This document shows, one piece after another, positions 1 to 13,129 of a stretch of DNA of 64,000 bases (position 1 is its first letter; the number at the start of each line of letters is the position of its first letter). The translations under genes and the position numbers were made by a program. Origin of the DNA: Styela clava (taxonomy: Eukaryota); NCBI RefSeq assembly GCF_964204865.1, contig NC_135258.1, positions 10,602,001-10,666,000 on the forward strand, given 5' to 3'. The notes under the pieces are model-generated. The model saw only the letters and a program-made list of their open reading frames with translations. It was not told the origin of the DNA and searched no databases.

Positions 1-3000
1 GGATTAAACTTTGTAGTAAATAACTTAACTTTTACTAGAGGACGTTTTAGCTTTTTATCCAATTCAAATTTTCCTAAATCACCTAATTCGCAAACTTATT
101 ATGCCTTGGATGGGACAGTTTTGACAGGAAATAAGATTGAAACAACGATCCATGGTTTCGTCGGTCAATTGTAACGAGTCTATATATATATATATATCGT
201 TTTTAGTTTTAAATTTCTGTCAGCGCGGTAACTTAATATTCACAAAGTCATGAAGATGCAAATAACAAATCATTTTATTGACTTCGTAAATGATCATTGA
301 ATAGGAGTTGTAAGCATATAACCAAAACTGTTTCATTGAAACTTTTAAACTGTGTATAGTTAAACTTCGCCAGTAGTTTCAGAATGGAAACTAAATGACA
401 GCATTCAAATTGACATGAATAACGAAAACAATTGTATTCTTTTCACAAACAAGACATAAACGTTTAAATATGGACAAGTTGTTGATATATATACTCGTAT
501 ATATCATCTAACACCGGTCGTTTAACACTTGCTCGCTGAAATTGGTTGACAGAAAATCCACATGCTGGCGAATTTCAGCAAAATTTGGGGTAAAATTGAT
601 AGACTCCAAGTAGTTCAGAGAAAAATTGACAAACTATGAAAGTAATATGATGTTATGAGGTCTTTTCAATCCCAAACTGGTAAAAGTTATAAAAGTATTA
701 TTCCAGTATTTTAAGAGAAATGATAATTTTCCCGAAGGCGTCAATTTTCCAAGACGATCAATAGATCCACTTTGACTAATAATTAATTACCTAGCAGTAA
801 TGGTAAACATAGTGGAATCAGGAAAATTCCAAAATTATTAGCTTCCTAGTTGTAAGTTTTTATTTGTCGATCTGTAGCTACCAATATTTTCATTTGACAA
901 TGTTTCATTTAAAGCAACGAAAACTTTGCTTTGAGCAAGCTTGCATAAAAATATTTGCTTCGACAAAGAGTAATAAGGAGATTCTCAAAAAGTGAAAATA
1001 GACAAGTTTCGTTATTTCGGTGATGTAATTTTGTCATCTGAACATATTTGCGTTAAAATTTTTAATTTTTCCGCAAAAAAATTTAGAGTTAGGGATCAAG
1101 GATTGTCAATAAATTTCGGCGAGACGACGTCAAAATATATATTTGTAAAACTGGAGGCAGTTAAAGAAACGCTGATTATTGAGGAACAGATAATAATAAT
1201 CCATAAGTTATATTATTAGCGCTATATTTTATCAAACCTTATATATATGACCGATTATTGTTAATTCGAAATTTTTTTTTTTGAAAAACACTTACGGCAC
1301 ACTAGTATGCCGCGACGCGAAGTAAAACAATATTCATGAAATAAAGAAAGTACAACACTGAAAAATCTAGCGCAATACACAAAACAGAGGTATGATTGAA
1401 CCGCGACGTGTACAACAGTTAGTTATGTATCAGGTTAAGATGTGAAAAAAATGGAAGTCTGATAAAAACCGCCAATCGATGCGTTCTTACAAAAATTAGG
1501 TTTGACTTCAGACCAATAAATAAATTGCCAATTACCACCATTCGGTGGCACAACAACTAATTATGATAATGCGGAAAGGTGAAACACACTATGTGTGATG
1601 TATTTCTGACGTAAAATCCACGATGTCTAAATCTAGCTTTGAGGGGAATTGGTGTTGGTTGTGTTTAGTGGATCTATGGATCATGGTTTTCTTTTTTTGT
1701 TGTTAAAATATCGCTATTCTACTGGACCAATTGCTTTGAATTTTTTTATTGGCTGAAGACTGTTGTTGTGGCTAAAAGGCTATTATTTTTATTCGTTTCG
1801 AAAAAAATTTGCTCTCCGTGGAATTCGTTTTTCGTTTTAAAGTCATCAAAATAAAAAAATTTGCACCGTGTCGAGGTTCTGTGATTGCATTTCAGCGATC
1901 TTGTGCTGGTCAGACTGCCGTACCTTAAAAGATTTGATGCTACTTTTAGCCACGGTGTCCGTATATTTGGCATTTCTCTCTTGGTAATTGATCGGGAAGA
2001 CTTTTTTCGAGCTCAGTCAAAATTGTCATTGATTCAAATAGTAACCTGCAGTAAGTTGCATTCAACTCTTGTTGAATACGGAAATATGCGTCACAAATCT
2101 ATTGTACACGTACACGCACGACTCCATGGAAGCTTGTCACGAATACATTATTGAAAGGAAACGATTGGAATGGTCTTGTTTCCCCGCTATTGTGTACTCG
2201 TGTTTCAACTATTTAAAGCATTATGGCTTAGCTTCGTCTTCTGCTTTACATACCTAAGGCGAGATATGTATTAGTCCCGGTCTTTCTGTGACTACCTTGC
2301 CGGCTAAACCAGTGGTCGAGTGATGTTTTTGTTCGAATATGTACCATCGGAGTAAGTCACAGGTTATTTTTTTGTTTTTGTTTAATTCTATGCAATATTT
2401 TGTGACTGGTACGCGACTCTCAGTCAATAAATTGAGCAGAATATACTGATAAGTTTGAGAACCGGTGATCTAATTCTAATTTATATATTTAACTTATACT
2501 TTCGAAACCCCGAATATAACGTTGGTTGTTTTTATTCTTTTTCATTCTTCACTTGGAGTCAGGTTTTTCATATACGGCAAGTTCGCTGTAGAAATTTTCA
2601 CCAAAAATTATCTGAGAATAAAAACGGACGCAAATAGAGAATTCTTCATCTTTCCAACAATCTTTACTAGACTTAAATTAGTATTTTGTTTATAACTGAT
2701 TTTTTTATAACCTTGGACCGCTCAACCCAAGTCTGCTAACCTAAGCGGAGTAACCCGCAATGCGTTTATAAGGGTACTAAGGGTACTAAAGCCTTATAAC
2801 AGGTCAGTAGACACAATACAGTATCACTGAATCACGACGCATTCACTTTCGGTCAGGGAAGTCGCGACGTATTGAAATGAAAAATTTTCTTTCATTGACA
2901 TTAATTACGACAAGAAAGATTTTTACACTTGCACATATATTTAATCCTGTTTTTGTGCATGTAATAGATAATATCACGACTGGATGTCTGATATGAGTGA

Positions 3001-3549
3001 GTCGTACTTCTCTCACAACATTCACGGTTTCTATCGTTTTACGACAAGGTTCTAAATGCGGCACATAGCAATTAATTTCTCAGGTAGTGGATTGATATTA
3101 CGCGACACACCCGAAATTAGTGTGTATCACTGGTATATATCATTCGTTTATTTTGAATATTAATGTTGTTTCGAGACTGTCACTACTTAATTTTGTACGC
3201 CTGGTATTTTGTGTAAGATTTTCAAATGAAAAATCTTTCGTATATATGATATAATGGTTACTTTCTGCGCGTGTCGGGGATAAAAATATTTGGCGCTGAG
3301 CCTGTCACGCTCGCTAGAGTCTTCTTTTCCATCTTTCCAAAGTACAGCACAACGCTGGAATTCATTCATCAACGCTTTGCTTTTAACGACACGTACAAAT
3401 AAATGTGACTTGAGCACGAAAATGCAATTGTATTAGTCTAAATATGAAAGCTAATTAGTGGGTACTTGACTTCATATTCAATAAAGATAGCAGTATTGAA
3501 GTATTGATAATATTCAAGCGCCTAACTAGAATCAATTTATTTTAAGATC

Positions 3550-5292
3550 ATGTTACGACAAAACTATGCAAAAATATTAGTATGTATCATCATATCAGTA
3601 CTTATTCTGTTATTTCTGAAAGCAGAATATTTTGAATCAAAATTTAACCAACAGGAGCATGATATGAAGAACACACATGGTGTAAAATCGATGCAACATT
3701 CATTTTCATTAAGTTCTCACAATATGAATACAATGTCAAAAATTGGCAACCAGACAAAGGCAAGAAGTATGCATGTTAATGAGATAGAGAATGAATTACA
3801 GAGACTTAGAAGCACAATGGAATGTTTAGCATGCCAACCCCAAGAATCAGTCAAGCAGTTTTGCAGTAAATATCCCGGGAAGTATGGTTGTCCATCGTAT
3901 ATCATGGTCGGAATTACGATTTCTAATCGACCTGGATACACTAAGTTTACTTCGTCTGTTCTTCGGAAGTATAACAATATAGCAGAAGATGACATTCACT
4001 TGTTTGATGATGGTTCTAACAAATTTGATCTCAAAATATTAAAAACATTGTACGGCGATGGAATAAAGTACATTCAGTCAAAAAATAAAATAGGGAAATC
4101 AGAAACTATAAAGACCGTACTTGAAAACTTTCTAGAGGGAAATTACAAGTTATTGATTGTATTAAACGACGATATGATTCTGTTAAAAGATTGGATGAAT
4201 TTCATTGAAAAACATATCACACATACAGAAGGAATACTTTCACTTTATCATCCGTCCGTGAACCATAGTTTTGTTAATGATTGTGAATATCAACAAGGAG
4301 ATTTGTGTGTTGGTAAATCAATTGATGACTCTGGATTCGTTGTGACAAAATCTATTGCTAAAATCTTGGTTTCAGCTATTGATGTTTCTGTACTTGAATA
4401 TAAGTGGAAGGATTTACTCGGAAAACTTTCTGTTCAGATGTTTTACCCAGTAAAATCTCTCTCGATGCATATTGGACAGAAAAAGCAAGACAAAGAAAAT
4501 TGTGGAACAAATGAGGTTGCTCATAGGTTTAACAGATGCGAATATCCATCTTGGATAAAAGAACAAATCGAGTTTTACTTTGACAGATGCACAAGTCCCG
4601 ATGAAATTTATCCAGATAATCCAAACTCCGAAGAATTCAGAACAATAATGAAAAAAAGATTCTGGGTTCGACCGGCCATTTCTTATTCATTTTATGGATA
4701 CAAGACAAGATATGTTGCAATTGCTTTGGCAAATGCGGCTCGGCTATCGAGTGTTTATCCCGGATGGAAGATCTGGTTATTTCATGATAATTCAGTACCA
4801 GATCCTTATTTACAAACGTTTTGTGAATATGATGTCAGATTTATCGATATGACTGGAACGAAGTTAATAAACCAAATGTCCTGGCGCTTTTTAGCAGCTT
4901 CGGAGCCAGTTAAAAGATGGGCAATTCGGGATATAGATTCGTACTTGCTTCCGAGAGGAAAAGCGGCTGTGGACGAATGGATTTCTTCAGGCAAAAACTT
5001 CCACATCCTCAGAGATCATCCTAACCATTCACAACATCGAATAAATGGCGGCAGTTGGGGAGGAAATTCCGAAGCTATGCCTAATATGAGAGAAGAACTT
5101 GAAAAATATATCATCACCAATGCTTACATGGAAGACATGAATTTTTTAAAAAACGTTGTTTGGCCCGTTGCCAGACAATCAGCGTGGATAAATGATGCAT
5201 ACTCTCTCCACAAATTTGGCGATGATCATCCGTTTCCTACAAAACTTAAAATCGAATGGGCCTTTGTTTGCAACGTAATTTTGTGGCCTTAA
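3550..5292 (+). CDS. Intronless type II membrane protein, putative two-domain glycosyltransferase (copy A, intact, 580 aa)
   Basis: 580-aa ORF. N-terminal basic residues and a hydrophobic anchor (ILVCIIISVLILLFL) are followed by a stem and a Cys-rich segment. Next is a GT2/GT-A-like region (IMVGITISNR...IHLFDDGS...LIVLNDDMIL). A second domain reads ISYSFYG...YPGW...MSWRFL...RDIDS...EWISSGKNFHILRDHPNH...GGSWG and contains a DxD motif. A 3' splice acceptor (ttattttaag) lies 3 nt before the ATG. Confidence 0.85.
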   Translation: MLRQNYAKILVCIIISVLILLFLKAEYFESKFNQQEHDMKNTHGVKSMQHSFSLSSHNMNTMSKIGNQTKARSMHVNEIENELQRLRSTMECLACQPQESVKQFCSKYPGKYGCPSYIMVGITISNRPGYTKFTSSVLRKYNNIAEDDIHLFDDGSNKFDLKILKTLYGDGIKYIQSKNKIGKSETIKTVLENFLEGNYKLLIVLNDDMILLKDWMNFIEKHITHTEGILSLYHPSVNHSFVNDCEYQQGDLCVGKSIDDSGFVVTKSIAKILVSAIDVSVLEYKWKDLLGKLSVQMFYPVKSLSMHIGQKKQDKENCGTNEVAHRFNRCEYPSWIKEQIEFYFDRCTSPDEIYPDNPNSEEFRTIMKKRFWVRPAISYSFYGYKTRYVAIALANAARLSSVYPGWKIWLFHDNSVPDPYLQTFCEYDVRFIDMTGTKLINQMSWRFLAASEPVKRWAIRDIDSYLLPRGKAAVDEWISSGKNFHILRDHPNHSQHRINGGSWGGNSEAMPNMREELEKYIITNAYMEDMNFLKNVVWPVARQSAWINDAYSLHKFGDDHPFPTKLKIEWAFVCNVILWP

Positions 5293-6160
5293 ATTTGTCA
5301 TATTTTCCACCAGCCATGTTTTTAAAGCCTTTTCACAACAAAAAAAAAACTAAGTTCCCTACAATAGATGCAAAGCATCATAATTTATCTGTAATATTAT
5401 TTTATCAAGAATATAGGAATTCACTTGAGTTCATTTACTTTCCTAAAAGTGTAAGAATATTGAAATGGAAACATTTCCATTTGTATCACCTAGTTCCTAA
5501 GTTTCCTTACATCAGCGTTGAAAACGCCTTGTTTACAGTTAAACTGAATTAGTGGTTAGTGCCAAGAAAAGAGATTACCTAATTATACATGTGTCCTTCA
5601 TGAGAGTAGATGCAGATGCAGATGACTCGGCTCGCAACATTTTTAGTATTACTCGATGGAAAAGTTTCAATTTCATTCTTTCACTCTGCTCTCGTTTGGT
5701 ATTTGAGCATTTAACCTATTTCCGTGATTACCTTTACTTTATTTTAAAGCACACAACACTTGAATAAAAGCGATTGTGAGATGATATATATAACGTCATA
5801 AATACTGATTTACTTACGTCGCTCGATGTCACTGTTGAACTCTCTCTCTTTACTGCACGCTGTCTAGTGCTATGATTTATGATGTCTATGTTATTTTATA
5901 TCCATAATATACTCAAGCATCCTGAACAGTTGTGTATTTATCCACAAACAAACAAGCACTATTTGAGCATGCGTATGTGTATTAAATTGCTTTATTTTTT
6001 ATGGATGGGCTGATATTCGGATCAGGACTCGAGGAGAGTTTACGCATTTTTTGGAATCGTCATCGAGTCCACTTCATTTTTACTTGGTCTCTTATTCAAT
6101 TCAGGTAATTATGAATTGACGCCTCTAATGTACGCTCACCATTATAAATCTAAATAATCA

Positions 6161-6711
6161 AATGCAGCTCGACTATTGAGTGTTTATCTCGGATGGAAGA
6201 TCTGGTTATTTAAAGATAATTCAGTACCAGATCCCTATTCACAAACGTTTTGTGAATATGATGCCGGATTTGCCGATATGACTGAAATGAAGATAATAAA
6301 TCAAATGTACTGGCGCTTTTAGCAGCTTCGGAGCCAGTTAAAAGGTAGAAAATTTGGGATACAGATTCGTACTTACTTCAGAGAAGAAAAGCGGCTGTGG
6401 ACGAATGAATTTCTTCAGGCAAAAACTTCCACATCCTGAGAGATCATCCTAACCATTCACGACATCCAATAAATGGCAGGAGTTGGGGAGGAAATTCCAA
6501 AGCTATGCTATAGAACGTGAAAAATATATCATCACCAATGCTTACATGAGAGACATGACTTTTTTTATGAAACGTTGTTTGGCCCATTGCCAGAGAATCA
6601 GCGTGGATAAATGATGCATACTTTCTTCACAAGTTTGAAGAAGATTATCCTTTTCCTACCAAACTCAAAATCGAATGGGCCTTCGTTTCCAATATAATTT
6701 TGTGGCTTTAA
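6161..6711 (+). pseudogene. 3' fragment of the glycosyltransferase-like gene (C-terminal domain only), with stops and frameshifts
   Basis: Aligns by eye to 4732-5292, from aatgcagctcga to ttgtggctttaa. TGG>TAG and TGG>TGA stops and indels are present. 3' flank homology continues to about 6883. Confidence 0.9.
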
Positions 6712-8699
6712 ATTTGTCATATTTTTCACCAGCCATAATTTTAAAGCCTTTTCACACAAAAAAGTTCTTTAAAGTAGATGCAAAGCATCATAACTTGTGT
6801 TACTTCCTTTCCTTAGTTTCCTTACACCAGTGCTGAAGGCGCCTTGCTTTGCAGTTCAACTGAATTAGTTGTTAGTGCCAAGAATGGATTGAATCATGAA
6901 TAAATTCCAATATTGCTAAATAGGGTTTTTCAGTATATAGGCTATTCAGATATAGACATACCCTATATAGACATAGTTCATATGCCCTTTACTTTCTACA
7001 CTCTTCTAATTACTTTTGATTCCTTCTTATTTTCTGAATTTAAAATATATATATATATATATATATATTTTGCAGTTTTTAATGAATCAAAACTCGATCA
7101 AAATATGGATCGGTATAAAAGGTAAAATTACTTATAGTACCTACTCTTTTACGAGCATAACTAATATGCACGTATTTCACGCTTCAATTTCTGATATATA
7201 TAATTAAATAGCGCATTATTTAAACTATGATCCATTTTAACTACCTGGACTTCGTAGTCTCTGAGATTTCATGATCTCTAGCCGCTTGGTTTGCATTCCG
7301 TAGCCTATAACTAAATGCAGAAACACCAGTCGGAAATAGATCAATTCTCTAATTTTATTTACTCAAGCTGTGTCTACTACATCCGCATCGCTAGCATTCG
7401 TCAAAATAAGCTGCAGGATTGCAGAGGTAGATGCATATTTTGGTGACATTTAATTGGAGCTTGAGCAAATACTTCGTGCTACCGTAATACAAACACGAAT
7501 TTTCTACAGCGAACGCTAGTAATAGGGTATTGGAGGGGACATGGCTAGGGCAGGTATCCTACATAAAATAAAGTTCCAGCGTCTTATGACAAACGTTTTT
7601 ATAGTGCATATGATATAAACTGCGAGAAATAGTCAGATTCGGAGTCTACAACACTTCCATCATAGTCAGCGCCGGATTAACCGTTAAACAATACAAGCAC
7701 GTGCCTAGGGCAACAAGCCAAGAGGGGCACTACAGAAATTTTAGGGCAGAATTTTATATAGTTTATCGGTGTTTATTAAAATATTACAAGTTCACCAGAC
7801 GACTCAAACTTCAAAATGTTCGCTTATTTTTTGTCTCCAAGTATATATCATATCATCCTTCTTTGTCAAAAATAAACACTGAAACCTATTTATTGGACAC
7901 GAAAAGGGCCTATGAGTCGTTTTGTAAAATTGTTGTTGTTTTTTCTTTCTTGTATTCTCCTTGTTGCTGCATTTTTGTTTTAAAAAAAATTCTTTTCTCT
8001 TCAACAATTGGACCAATGAACTATTTGCATTATGTGACAGTTCGATGATCGCATTTCAACGATCTAGTGGTCAGCGAAGTCGGAATCCCGAGATTCAAAC
8101 CTTTTTTTAACGCTTTGTGCCTTCATTTTAGTAAAAACACTCCTCTGTTTCCAAGCGTGGGTCATGTGGCAGTAGTGACGAAACACAGAGCCGACTTAAC
8201 GCCGCGCAATCCAGTTTTTTTTCGGCAAGGTTCCGAAATACCAACTTAGGCGGACTTGGTGGTTATTTGACGATGGCACTAAGCTTGTTCACGCTGCAAG
8301 TTTTTAAATTACTCAAATATAACAATTCGTAATAAAATGATTGTCACAAGAAAAGTGACATAAGAAAAACACGGCGGAAACGTATTTCCTTGCCCATCAC
8401 ACAGTGTCTGGTTTGATTTCAAGTAATATCTGTCACGAAAGAATATAACTTAAAGCGACATCAAACGCGAGATGCGGAAAATACAACGTTAATTTTAGGG
8501 AATTAATTTTTAAATAACTGAAGGCTTTATATTTCTTCTTTGCAATACTCATGCAACAAAATAATAGTCTGATTAGAACGGTAAACTCTCGTTGTTTATT
8601 CAATTAAAAGTAAGTAAACTTGCGATATTTCGATCACTTTTGGGTTTTCTCCGACTTGTGGCCCACGAGACCTTTTCAAAAGTTTTTGCGGTCCTTCAA

Positions 8700-10322
8700 C
8701 AGGGTTGCCAACTGTTCAATGATAAAATAATCTAGAATTTTAACAAAAAATATCTGGAAAAAAACAAATTCAAAAATAATAAACCAAATAATAATCCAAA
8801 CATACACTAAAAAAATAGAAAAATATCAAGATTTACGGAGAGAAATTGGAAAGATATGAAATGTAAAGACTAGATTTTATACCTGTTGTTGTTGGAGCGT
8901 TGAGTGCAATATCAAACAAGCTAGAAGGTTATTTAAAAGATATGAATTTGCCTAATAGATTGGAATCCTTGCAAAAAGCGGCTCTTTTGGAAAGTGCAAG
9001 AATACTGAGAAGGGTTCTTGAAATCTAAGGACGCGGGAAGTGTCTCGATTTTAAGTTAAAATATACACCAGTTAAAGAACAGTGAATAAATTTAACATCC
9101 AAACATACAAAAGTTACCTTTTCAATGAAAAAACGAAAATTGTAATATAAAGAAAAATATTCACTCATATCAATACAGCTTTTCGAACTTAAGTAACGTA
9201 ACTTATTAATTATCATGAGAAAAAATGAAAGCTTGTTGCCTCCAAGATTTAATGAAGATCATGTAGGTAAATAGAACAATTGAATACTTGAAACTTTCTT
9301 TATTTTTTTTCAAATAAATGATATTTCGCAGCCTTCCGAGTTTTCTTAGGACGTAAGATGTTAAAATATTATTTGCAATCAATTCAAAAGATTTTCCATT
9401 TTTCAGGACACACCGTTTCTGAAAATACCAAAATTATATGATATCGTAAAGCAAAAATGCAATGAATCCATTCCTATGGTCCAAGCTCGACACACGTTTG
9501 GTCGAGTGTCGGGCGGTATTGTCGATGATAAATTAAAAAAAATTGTCACGCGTGGAGGAGGCAGTTCTTTCATTCGGACACTATCGAAGGACATTAGACA
9601 ACATTATTATATAACGATAATAACTGAAAACTTAGATTTTAGTACTAAAAAGTGTATAATACGCCATTTGTTTCAACACAGTATTTATAGATCACATAAA
9701 TTTTGAACAGTTCAAGGCATAATGAATTCGTTAAAATTCTTATATTCTTATATTCCAGACTGTTCGGTAACAAATAAAATCCAATCAATAATCCATCAAT
9801 ATGGTGGGAGAATTCCCAAATTTGAATAACAATAAAAATAAAATAGGATTCGGTATTCCGGGTTCGATTTAAGTATTCTATAATAGTAAATTATTTTATA
9901 TTGCCCATCCCTACTTATATATAGGGGTAAAATTAGTGAACAACAGCATTTCTGATTTCAGATTTTCGCATAACAACAGCATTCAGTTCACGTCACTTTC
10001 ACAGTTTCTAATACTTGACAATATTTTGGCTAACCTCTCTCCTTGTTTTGAATACTATTAACCTTGATTGGAAGGCTTTTCTGTAATAAATCCAGAAATC
10101 CTATCTTTTTAAATGTACTGTTAGGTACTAGTGAAAAAAACTTCACTTCGTTATCACTAAAGAACAATGCAAAATAACATTTGTCATAATGATCTAAATA
10201 TATCTAAATGAGTGCTAAAATTATCCAGAAAATAATCTAACATCTGAATGAATATTTGTTACATCTGAATCATACGAAAATAATCTAAATCTAGATTAAA
10301 ATAATTCAAGTTGGCAACACCG
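8700..10322 (-). mobile_element. hAT DNA transposon (decayed), inserted into a smaller hAT-like MITE
   Basis: TIRs cagggttgccaac / gttggcaacaccg. Perfect 8-bp TSD tccttcaa at 8692-8699 and 10323-10330. Minus-strand transposase-like remnants (DFWIYY; IGMDSLH...FRNG). Confidence 0.8.
8812..9028 (+). mobile_element. 3' end of an R4/Dong-like (RLE) non-LTR retrotransposon ORF
   Basis: Translates to KIEKYQDLRREIGKI*NVKTRF/IPVVVGALSAISNKLEGYLKDMNLPNRLESLQKAALLESARILRRVLEI*. This matches the typical C-terminus of restriction-like-endonuclease LINEs. Confidence 0.75.
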
Positions 10323-12604
10323 TCCTTCAACCTAGCAACCTTGAACCACCCTGAGGTAGACTACTAGGTACCGGTAAAATTGCAAACTACAGTTGTGACT
10401 TGTAACCTTTGGTATTTCGATTCACGTTGAGAATGGAGGCATGAATCTTTATTGTCACACTCCTTCCGGATTAGAGCTCAACCGGCCCGATATCGGCCCG
10501 ATGTTGTGTGTTTGCCGATATATCATATCGGCCGTAATATATATATATATATATATATCGGCTATATATAACAGTTAAAAAAATCTAAAAATGTTCGTAA
10601 AAGTTGTTTTATTTGCTGTTGGTTGTGATTATTTTTAATGGATAATACACTTATGTGGTTTATTGTATTTATAATTAAATTACACATAAGGGGGCACCAA
10701 AGTCTTCAGTGCGTAAGGCACCAAAGGGGCATAATCCGGTTTGCGAAACGTTTTAAGCCAGGCGATAACAAATAACTTCAGAATATTCAGAAATAACTTC
10801 AATTGCAGCTGAGGATTCAGAGAATCAATCAAATTATAGTCTATTTCTAGCTTATATGAAATTTGCAGCAGTTAGATATTCCAATAACACAATCCTGGGA
10901 ACAGGCAATTAATTATGCTCAGCAAGCGGACGTTATTCCTAACCAATATAACACATAAACAGCAATCCTTGCGAATAATAAGCAACAATTATCACCAAAG
11001 CGAGGCAGTGAGGCATATGAGAGCGAGGCAAGAATAGACTTGACCCCTTTGTATATATCGGGTAAAAGTAGACCGATATATTCAGCCTTTGATCTTAACT
11101 CGAATGTTTTGAAGTACAACATAGTATACGCGGATGGAAAATGTACACAGCATTAACTGCATCATTAAACTCTTTACACCTAATATAGTGAAAGATTTCA
11201 TATATCTATTTCACCATGTATATAATAGCCGGCTCGTTGTGAGTTTTCTAATCTAGCTCAGCGATTCCTAGCGCCTGTGCTGTGCATAATGAAACGTTCA
11301 GTAACGTTGTTTAAAGGAAGTGCTGAGCATTTTACTATGCACTCAATTCAAGCATTTTAATCAATTTGATTTTCAATCACTTTAGTCCGTGGAATAATCT
11401 TCCCCATTCCCGTTTGGGTCACTTATGGCATGAATAGAAAATAAATAAAAGGACCAAATTCGAATGCAATTGTTGATTTTCTTTGAGTTAGGGATTAACT
11501 TGGCTCTAAAGGAAATTCCTGCTTGCTTTTCAGGAAGAAAATTGCGCCTAGAGATATCGAAGTGAATATTGAATTTTTTATTTTGTTTAAATTTATAACA
11601 GTCCTATCTGAACGCTAACTAAACAGAAAAAGATATCTCAATGACATAATACTAGTAAAATGGAAAATGAAATTACCTTACGGAGGTTCCATCGGTTTGG
11701 TCGTTAATGATTTGCCTTTTGAGGCCGCAACGACTTTGCATACGTGAAAAGCAGAAGGAGGGAAATCCCATTACGGCGGATAGATATATTAATTAGATCA
11801 GGTTACTTGATCAGTTTCGTAAACTTTGAACAATAAAATTCCAGCATAACTCTCTATAAACTGTCTAACTGTAACGAGGGGGAAAATATTCATCCTTGTG
11901 TGTCATTTTCAAGCTTCTATGTTGTTGCGGTATGTATCACTTATTGTCTAATGTAGCGTATTTTTAGAATATGCCGAAACATAGCCGAAGTATTTTGATA
12001 AGTGTAATGAAGAGAAAAAACTAAATATATATACAGTATATATTAGCATGAGAGCATGTAATATGAAGTGATATATAGTATTGTAATATGAAGTTGTCAT
12101 TCTTGGTTTGCTTGGTTTTTGGTTTACTGTGCAGCAGGCCTGCACAACTCAAATTACCACGAGGGCCGCAAGCATAAATCTGAAGTCCCGGCAGGCCGCA
12201 AACTTTGCCCCATACATGTTTCTCAAGATGTACTACAAATCAAAATAATATTGGAAAACAATTAAATTTAATGAAACACTTCCATTACTGGGGAGCTTAA
12301 AAATATGAAGACTCTTATTTTCTTCTATATAAAAACAAGGTACAGTATTTTTGCATATGAGATGGCAAATATTATTTAGTGGTTCATCTACCTTGAAAAC
12401 GCACCCTTCATTTCCAATATTTCTTTTTTATTAGAATTAGGTATTGCGTGTTGCAGTATAAACTGAGTGCAGGAAAATATTTTACTCAGTTTCAGTTTTG
12501 TAAAATCGTCCCAAATATATGAATGACAATTTATTTAGTCATATCTACCGTTATTGGATATTTCCATTGTAGGCTAAACAAGTTCTCTTCCGCCGTCATA
12601 TTGA

Positions 12605-12678
12605 GACATTGTGGCGACGTCTTTCGCGACATTGTGGCGACGTCTTTCGCAACATTGTGGCGACGTCTTCCGCGACAT
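12605..12678 (+). repeat. 23-bp tandem repeat, 3.2 copies (gacattgtggcgacgtctttcgc)
   Basis: Read directly. Units are contiguous with no spacers and lie inside the hAT element. Confidence 0.9.
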
Positions 12679-13129
12679 CTTGGGGCCGAGTAACCACACT
12701 TTTCGCTTTTCCGGCTCCAATTCATTGCGAATGCGCTCAATCGAATCTCGCAAGATTCAAAAAACTAAAAATCGGCACGTATGCTTTTTCTGTTCTGCGT
12801 GCTTTTCCTGATTAATATAACCATCCACATAAAACTTTAAGCATATATCTTTGTTTGAACCAGAAAACTGTAAAGAACAGTATAATATTCCAGTAAGACA
12901 TGAACTTGTTGCAGCCCTGCAGGAGGTCGCGAGACGCGCAAAAATCATGGACCGCAGAGATTTTTCCCAGTTTTTTGAGCAGGCACAGTAGAATTTTGAT
13001 CCTGGTGCCAAGTTACCGACGACTTATCATTGTAATTTCATTTCGTTTGAGACGTCGATCAACTACAGAAGGATATATATGATAAACCCGATAAAAAAGA
13101 AAAAGCTTGATGAATATTTGTGATTCTAC

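Larger units (their letters stand above)
7667..10743. mobile_element. Possible hAT-Tip100-like element ends (cagcgccggattaa ... taatccggtttg) enclosing nested insertions
   Basis: Inverted terminal motifs with subterminal ggggcac/gcctagggc motifs. No TSD was found, so the pairing of the two ends is unproven. Confidence 0.35.

Noticed and set aside
3550-5292. Bacterial or viral contamination as the source of the intronless ORFs
   Set aside because: The ORFs are embedded among eukaryotic transposons and spliced genes, are duplicated with their flanks, and carry an animal-style type II anchor.
12605-12678. CRISPR-like 23-bp repeats
   Set aside because: No spacers, no cas genes and a eukaryotic context. 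It is a minisatellite inside a hAT element.
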